NCBI GenBank assembly: GCA_004212155.1
Contig: RXIG01000003.1
Location: 1 to 12,291, forward strand
From: an archaeon
GTDB lineage: Archaea > Methanobacteriota_B > Thermococci > Methanofastidiosales > NM3
DNA: 12,291 nucleotides
Reading direction: 5' to 3'
Shown here: piece after piece, positions 6,981-12,291 of the stretch
How positions within the stretch are numbered: position 1 is the stretch's first letter
How the letters are laid out: each line of letters begins with the position of its first letter
Notes under the pieces: model-generated
Seen by the model: the letters and a program-made list of their open reading frames with translations, nothing else
Told to the model about the DNA's origin: nothing
Database searches by the model: none
Made by a program: the position numbers and the translations under genes

Positions 6981-9338
6981 ATGTCACTTAAGAAAAAAAG
7001 GCTATCGGAGAAGACGAGGCAGATGCTCCTTACCGAGATATTTCATGAGCACATGCCCATGATCGAGGACCTTCCCCCCGTTCGGACGATTCATCAGGAC
7101 CTTGAGAAATTCGATCCCACAAAGATCGTGAGGGTCTACATGGAAGAGGCTGATCTCCCCCTCGAGACTGCAGAGTACTACACGAACAGGATCCTGTTCG
7201 AATTGCGAGACCTCCACCTGAAGGGAAAGCTCAAATACATCACCACGCGCATGATTCGGGAACTGATGTGCGTCATAGCGATAAAGGAGGGAGATTTCTC
7301 AACACGCGACAAACTTACCGTGGTGGGAATGCCCGTCAACGACGTCGAGCGTCAGTTTTTTGGCTACGACTTTGACAACTCCAATCAGATACCGTGCGAA
7401 GAGTTCATACACAAGACGAAAGGCGATGTCATCGATGAACAGTACTCGTTGCTCAAGCTTTATAATTTCGATACTCCTTATGGCAATCCGGCCTATTCAC
7501 ACCTGAATAAGGATATCTATATTCATGATAGGGACTATCCGGCCCGACCGTTTTGCTACCAGCATTCAGCACGATTCATCTTCCGAAACGGTCTTCGCAT
7601 CGATGGAACGGGCCAGTATGCAAATGTGTCGAGCGCCCCGAAGCGCCTGGACGTGGCGATTCGCCACATTTGCGAGTTCCTCGGCGCAGCGAGCAGGAAC
7701 TGGAATGGCGGACAGTCATTTCGCAACCTCTTCTGGGAACTCGGCCCATTTATCCGTGATGAGATGAAGCGCAGTCAGGACACGAAGGAGATATGGGGCA
7801 TCCCGGTTCCCGTCGGCGTGATACAGGCAGCACAGATGCTTCGATTCGAGCCCAATCACATCTTCGTCGGAAGAGGGAGCCAGGCGGCGTTCTCGTCCAT
7901 ATCGAACTTCGCGCATCCTCCCAAGTACCTGACCGAGGACGCTGACGTCGTGCTTCCCGGGGGAAAGGTCGTGAAGGGCGACTACTCGGAGTATCGTGAG
8001 GAGGTGCTGCTCTTCTGGCTTGCCTATCTTCACGAGTCGACGAAGGGCGATGCCAACGGCGGCATGTTCCACTGGATGAAGGACGATGTGGCCATCAAGC
8101 CCAAATGGTTCAAGGACCCAGAGCTCAAGGAATACGTCTTCGACCCGCTTATGCGCTACATCACGAAGTTCGGCGGCCCCTACATCCACAATGTCAAGCA
8201 TGTTGGCGACGACGAGGTGGCCTGCACTTCGTGCTGCTCCCTCATCCTCGAGACCGACAGCCCCGACGACTTCGAGCTTGCAAAGCAGGGCGTGCTCGGG
8301 ATGGGAGCGCTCCAGTGCGGTTCGTTCAATCTCCCCCGTCTTGCATACATGGCAAACGGCGACGACCAGCGCGTCTTCGAGCTGATACGCGAACGCCTCG
8401 ACCTCCTCAAGGAGGCGATGCTCGCCAAGTATCACTTCATGGGCAAGGTACTCAACGCCGGCGTATCGCCGTTCCTCACGCAGCCCCTGCTTCGCGGTAT
8501 TGACGAGCGTCCGTACTTCGACCTCGACAGCCAGTCGGTGCTCCTCTCGTTCTGCGGCCTCAACGAGTTCGTTGCGGCGCACATGGGACAGGAGATCCAT
8601 GAAAGCAAGGAGGCGCATAACTATGGCATGCGCATGCTCATGTACATCATGGATTACAGCAAGGAGCTCACCGAGCAGACAGGCATCAACTTCGCCGTTT
8701 GGCGACAGCCTGGTGAGACGATGCCGGGCAAGTTCGCACAGGATGACTGGCACAAGTTCCGCTCCCGTGCAGTGGTGCAAGGGGATCCCAAGTCTGGAAG
8801 CGCATATTACTCGAACTTCACCCACTGCAACGTGAACGCAGGCATCGACGTCTTCAACAAGATAAAGAACGAGGCGCCGTTCCACGGCCTTACGCGTTCA
8901 AACCTGCTACACATATGGCTGGGCGAGCAGGACCCGAACCCCGATTCGATCTGGAGCCTTACCAAGAAGATCGTCGACAAGTCGCTGGCAAGCTACTTTG
9001 CCTTCACGAAGGAGATCACGGTCTGCAACAAATGCCACTCGACCCACTCAGGCGTCGTGGCACAGTGTGGATGCGGCGCGGGACCCTCCGAGCTTGTCGT
9101 GCAGTCGCGCATCACAGGCTACTACTCAACGGTCGGGACCGTGGAAGCGATACTCAAATGGCGCTCTGGAAAGCACAAGACCGGCCAGAAGGACGCCCAT
9201 TGGCAGCCTTCGAAGTTCGCCGAGTTCAATGAACGAGTGTCCAACGCTTGGGGCGAGCGATTCACGAAGATCGATCCCGAGCCCGAGATTGAGCACTCGA
9301 CAAAACGCAAGAAAGAGCTCGAGGAAGTCCTCGTATAA
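6981..9338 (+). CDS. nrdD: Anaerobic (class III) ribonucleoside-triphosphate reductase, large subunit
   Basis: ATP-cone-like N-terminus (VRT...FDPTKI...TTRMIRE), IYIHD, PFC, GGQS, finger-loop SCCS, SFNLPRLAY, GLNE, YYSN, CNKC...CGC zinc site, glycyl-radical motif SRITGYY. Start moved from GTG 6855 to ATG 6981 (in frame, SD GGAGG); 785 aa. Confidence 0.95.
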   Translation: MSLKKKRLSEKTRQMLLTEIFHEHMPMIEDLPPVRTIHQDLEKFDPTKIVRVYMEEADLPLETAEYYTNRILFELRDLHLKGKLKYITTRMIRELMCVIAIKEGDFSTRDKLTVVGMPVNDVERQFFGYDFDNSNQIPCEEFIHKTKGDVIDEQYSLLKLYNFDTPYGNPAYSHLNKDIYIHDRDYPARPFCYQHSARFIFRNGLRIDGTGQYANVSSAPKRLDVAIRHICEFLGAASRNWNGGQSFRNLFWELGPFIRDEMKRSQDTKEIWGIPVPVGVIQAAQMLRFEPNHIFVGRGSQAAFSSISNFAHPPKYLTEDADVVLPGGKVVKGDYSEYREEVLLFWLAYLHESTKGDANGGMFHWMKDDVAIKPKWFKDPELKEYVFDPLMRYITKFGGPYIHNVKHVGDDEVACTSCCSLILETDSPDDFELAKQGVLGMGALQCGSFNLPRLAYMANGDDQRVFELIRERLDLLKEAMLAKYHFMGKVLNAGVSPFLTQPLLRGIDERPYFDLDSQSVLLSFCGLNEFVAAHMGQEIHESKEAHNYGMRMLMYIMDYSKELTEQTGINFAVWRQPGETMPGKFAQDDWHKFRSRAVVQGDPKSGSAYYSNFTHCNVNAGIDVFNKIKNEAPFHGLTRSNLLHIWLGEQDPNPDSIWSLTKKIVDKSLASYFAFTKEITVCNKCHSTHSGVVAQCGCGAGPSELVVQSRITGYYSTVGTVEAILKWRSGKHKTGQKDAHWQPSKFAEFNERVSNAWGERFTKIDPEPEIEHSTKRKKELEEVLV

Positions 9339-9339
9339 G

Positions 9340-9370
9340 CTCTTTTTTCTTTTTCTTTATCCCTTTTTTC
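9340..9370 (+). terminator. T-rich archaeal terminator after nrdD
   Basis: Several consecutive oligo-T runs directly after the TAA stop. Confidence 0.65.
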
Positions 9371-9448
9371 TAATCATTTCTTCCCGGGACGCATGGCACC
9401 ATGCCTTCCATGGATAGGAATTAATATGGTGGGCGCATAGTATTCATC

Positions 9449-10021
9449 ATGCACCCTTGCTCCCTTACATGCGGAGTTCTCAACATTGGAAACACGGTCG
9501 ATGAGCGCGTCTATCACCTCATCAAGCGTATTCCCGTCGTTTTCGGGCAGCTGGCGGACGTTATCGACGTCAAGGCCTGCCTGATAAACGACATATCGCT
9601 TTCCATGCCTGCAACGGCATACTCACCGATCGCGGGAGGATACTTTCCCTATCCCTTCTTCTCCCATGCGGCGCTTTTCAAGGAGCAGGCTGACAAGAAG
9701 CTCATGAAGATGGACAAGCACCTGGACAAGGTCCTCGTTGTCACGGACAAGCCCCTTGCGGGACCTGATGGCAGGATATACGGCCAGGCAGACGTTGGCG
9801 GCCCCTATGCTGTCGTAACGACGCACGGGCTCTATGACGGGTTCGGTCGCGGCAACGAACGCCTTGTGCTCGAGGCGTGCTACCTTCTGGGAAGGACAAT
9901 GGGGTTACCGCGGTGCGACGACGCGAGATGCATCATGCATCCTGCCGAAATGCTGGCCGACATCGATGCGCGCTCGGCGTTTTGCGAATTGTGCGCCCGC
10001 GTGCTAAGGGCGCGCACATGA
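9449..10021 (+). CDS. Archaemetzincin (AmzA/M54)-like protein, predicted catalytically inactive
   Basis: AmzA-like blocks PATAY, DKVLVVTDKPL, IYGQA, AVVTTHGL, ERLVLEA and C-x4-CIM...D....FCELC; the HExxHxxGxxH position reads YLLGRTMGLPR. Confidence 0.8.
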   Translation: MHPCSLTCGVLNIGNTVDERVYHLIKRIPVVFGQLADVIDVKACLINDISLSMPATAYSPIAGGYFPYPFFSHAALFKEQADKKLMKMDKHLDKVLVVTDKPLAGPDGRIYGQADVGGPYAVVTTHGLYDGFGRGNERLVLEACYLLGRTMGLPRCDDARCIMHPAEMLADIDARSAFCELCARVLRART

Positions 10022-10056
10022 CTACCTTTTTCTAGGCGTGGGACAGATATACCCAT

Positions 10057-10455
10057 ATGTCCTACGAGATAGAAAAATCTGACAGCGAATGGAAGGAAGA
10101 GCTTACCGCTGAGGAATACCGCGTGCTAAGGAAGAAGGGCACGGAACTGGCATTCAGCGGAGAGCTGGTGCACAACAAGGATAAGGGTGTCTATACATGT
10201 GCCGGATGTGGCCAGGAGCTTTTCACTTCAGGAGAGAAGTTCGATTCGGGCTCAGGGTGGCCAAGCTTCTGGGATGCGATTGACAGGGATCGCATCGAGT
10301 TCAAGCGTGACCTCAGCCACTCCATGGTGCGCACGGAGATCGTATGCGCACGGTGCGGCGGCCACCTCGGTCATGTGTTCGATGACGGGCCCCGTCCGAC
10401 AGGCAAGCGTTACTGCGTAAACTCTGCAGCGCTCCACTTTGAGAAAAAGGAGTAG
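10057..10455 (+). CDS. msrB: Peptide-methionine (R)-S-oxide reductase
   Basis: GTE, CAGC and CARC zinc ligands, [21 protein letters not shown], catalytic RYCVNS. Confidence 0.98.
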   Translation: MSYEIEKSDSEWKEELTAEEYRVLRKKGTELAFSGELVHNKDKGVYTCAGCGQELFTSGEKFDSGSGWPSFWDAIDRDRIEFKRDLSHSMVRTEIVCARCGGHLGHVFDDGPRPTGKRYCVNSAALHFEKKE

Positions 10456-10532
10456 TGGCATCGGGCAACAGTGTGTCCACGTCTCCGTCTTCGGCGTTAG
10501 GATGCCTGCGCCATGAAGGTAGCCATGCGGCG

Positions 10533-10594
10533 CCCCACCCTAAACGTCAACGACACGCGGGGTCCGGGGCTTGGGCCAGAGTGCCCTAAGCCTC
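10533..10594. repeat. IS200/IS605-end-like hairpin remnant
   Basis: CCCCACCCTAAA...GGGTCCGGGGCTTG then GGGGCTT/AAGCCTC stem, with an internal GTCAAC. Resemblance judged from recalled end patterns, not from a search. Confidence 0.35.
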
Positions 10595-10660
10595 ACACAT
10601 CTCCACATGCCACGGGATTGGTCCAGAAAGGAAAGTAGGAAGTACTGTCCAAATCGACGA

Positions 10661-10674
10661 GAAACAATAATATA
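10661..10674 (+). promoter_or_regulatory. Putative BRE/TATA promoter of the sirC-hemA operon
   Basis: GAAAC-AATAATATA is the main AT-rich box in the intergenic region, about 75 nt upstream of ATG 10749. Confidence 0.4.
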
Positions 10675-10748
10675 GGCATCGTACAACAAGATGATATCCG
10701 TGTGCCCAATGGGTTGTAGGGCGTAGTACCGAGTGATGTGAGAGAGAA

Positions 10749-11381
10749 ATGAGCGAAGAACCATCTCAACCGCACGATTTGCCTGCACGCTATCCGGTGA
10801 CCATGTACGTCCATGGACGCGCCGTGGTTTTCGGCGGCGGGGAGGTGGGAATGAGAAAAGCTGTCTCCCTCATGCGATGCGGCATCCCCGTGTGCGTCAT
10901 CGACCGTGCCGACGTGGCCCATCATGAAGGGGTGGAACACATAAGGGCAGACGTAGATAAGGATTCTTTCAAGCGGTTCATCGACGACACCACCTCGCTT
11001 GTCGTATGCGCACTTGACGATCCGGCACTCAACGATGTGATAGCCGACTACTGCATGGACCGTTCAATCCCCGTCAACGTTGCCACCAGCCGTTCGAAGG
11101 GTTCTGTTGCGTTCCCTGCCATCCTGGACTGCGGGCATGAGCTCTTGGCCGTTTCGTCCTCGAACGCATGCCCCCTGTGCTCCCATGCGCTCAAACGCTA
11201 CATTGCCGCGGAACTACCAAACATTGCCACATTCTCCCTTCTGATGCACCATCTCTTTGACGAGGGCATGCTCGATGGGGATATCGTCGCCAGCATACTG
11301 GATGATGGAACGGCAATGGCGCTCATACGCGAGGGGCGTTTCGAAGACGCACTAGGGCACGTCAGGAAAGTGATACTATGA
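10749..11381 (+). CDS. sirC: Precorrin-2 dehydrogenase (SirC/CysG N-terminal-like)
   Basis: YPV, NAD-binding VVFGGGEVGMRKA, LVVCALDDPALN, IPVNVA, FPAI; ATGA overlap with hemA, the usual tetrapyrrole operon order. Confidence 0.88.
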   Translation: MSEEPSQPHDLPARYPVTMYVHGRAVVFGGGEVGMRKAVSLMRCGIPVCVIDRADVAHHEGVEHIRADVDKDSFKRFIDDTTSLVVCALDDPALNDVIADYCMDRSIPVNVATSRSKGSVAFPAILDCGHELLAVSSSNACPLCSHALKRYIAAELPNIATFSLLMHHLFDEGMLDGDIVASILDDGTAMALIREGRFEDALGHVRKVIL

Positions 11382-12291
11382 TCGTTGCTGCCAGCGTCAC
11401 ACACGCGGACCGCCCCATGGCATCCCTCTCGCTCTTCTCCGCAACGCACAGGCAGGAGGAGGAACGCATGCGCTCGATCGTTGACAAGGGCATCGCAGAT
11501 GAGGTCGTCGTGATCAAGACATGCAACAGGTATGAGGTCTATATGCACGTCCGTGAGCGCGCGTGGACACCCGAAGCGCTGCGTGACGTCTTTGGCGCCG
11601 GATCCGACCTCATGAGGGTCCGCAAGGACGGCAGCGCCATACTACATCTCTTCGAGGTCGCCGCCTCACTCGATTCAATGATCGTCGGTGAACACCAGAT
11701 ACTCGGACAGGTGCGACATGCCCTAGAAGCATCGCAGGCTATGGGATTGGCAGGCGACGCCCTCCCGCCGGTGTTCGAGCGCGCCATACGTGCCGGAAGG
11801 CGGGTGCGCTCCGAAACTGAATTGTGCCAGGGAAACGTATCAATGGCGTCGGTGGCCGTGGGACTCGCCGAGCAAAGGCTTGGCACGCTTGTTGGCAAAA
11901 GCGCCCTTATACTCGGGGCCGGGAAGATATCCGGGATGGTGGCAAGCCTTCTCTCCACACGGGGCCTTGAAACAATATTTGTCACTAACAGGCGCCGCGA
12001 GCGCGCCCAGGCCCTCTCGGAGCTCTCTGGCGCAACGGTCATCGCTTACGAGGCCTTTCGAGAGCATCTGCATCACATGGACATCGTTTTCTGCGCATCG
12101 TCGGCTCCGCATCCCCTCCTGCATCGGGATGAGCTTGTGCGAGCGAGAGAATCGCGAACGACCGACATGACCGTCATCGACGTGGCCATGCCGCCAGATG
12201 TCGATACCGGCGCCATACCCATCGGCGGCATTGACTATATAGCACTTGACGATGTGCGGGACTGTTCGCGACGCATGCTGGAGCAGCGCTC
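11378..12291 (+). CDS. hemA: Glutamyl-tRNA reductase (partial, 3' end outside window)
   Basis: Manual translation from ATG 11378: SVTH, catalytic TCNRYE, HLFEVAASLDSMIVGEHQILGQVR, ILGAGKI, VTNR, IDVAMPPDVD; no stop seen before the window end. Confidence 0.96.
   Translation, partial: MIVAASVTHADRPMASLSLFSATHRQEEERMRSIVDKGIADEVVVIKTCNRYEVYMHVRERAWTPEALRDVFGAGSDLMRVRKDGSAILHLFEVAASLDSMIVGEHQILGQVRHALEASQAMGLAGDALPPVFERAIRAGRRVRSETELCQGNVSMASVAVGLAEQRLGTLVGKSALILGAGKISGMVASLLSTRGLETIFVTNRRRERAQALSELSGATVIAYEAFREHLHHMDIVFCASSAPHPLLHRDELVRARESRTTDMTVIDVAMPPDVDTGAIPIGGIDYIALDDVRDCSRRMLEQR

Noticed and set aside
7716-8885. 389-aa minus-strand ORF
   Set aside because: Antisense shadow of nrdD.
6981-9338. 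Intein or intron in nrdD
   Set aside because: Length is normal, the frame is continuous and no splicing motifs or homing endonuclease are seen.
10456-10748. SECIS, SRP RNA, RNase P RNA or tRNA in the msrB-sirC gap; ORFs 10540-10788 and 10593-10940
   Set aside because: MsrB has no in-frame TGA, conserved motifs of those RNAs are absent, and the ORFs have no recognisable features.

Overview
Archaeal chromosomal window (BRE/TATA promoters, GGAGG/GGTGA ribosome-binding sites, T-tract terminators; an anaerobic euryarchaeote-like host is my inference). Genes in order: DUF2085 membrane protein (+), convergent multi-TM protein (-), Hsp20 (+), DUF1847 Cys-rich protein (+), ppsA (-), a solitary IS200/IS605 TnpB with a recognisable omega-RNA region (-), class III ribonucleotide reductase nrdD (+), an archaemetzincin homologue lacking all catalytic residues (+), msrB (+), a sirC-type precorrin-2 dehydrogenase (+) and the 5' part of hemA (+, runs off the window and is absent from the ORF track). 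Most notable: a ~120-nt folded nrdD leader with an alternative anti-SD pairing (candidate cis-regulatory RNA), the pseudo-protease that keeps only its Cys4 site, the TnpB/omega-RNA module without TnpA, unusual NrdD active-site and glycyl-radical-domain sequence, and a structured IS605-end-like segment between msrB and sirC. All structures were paired by eye; no folding program or database search was run.
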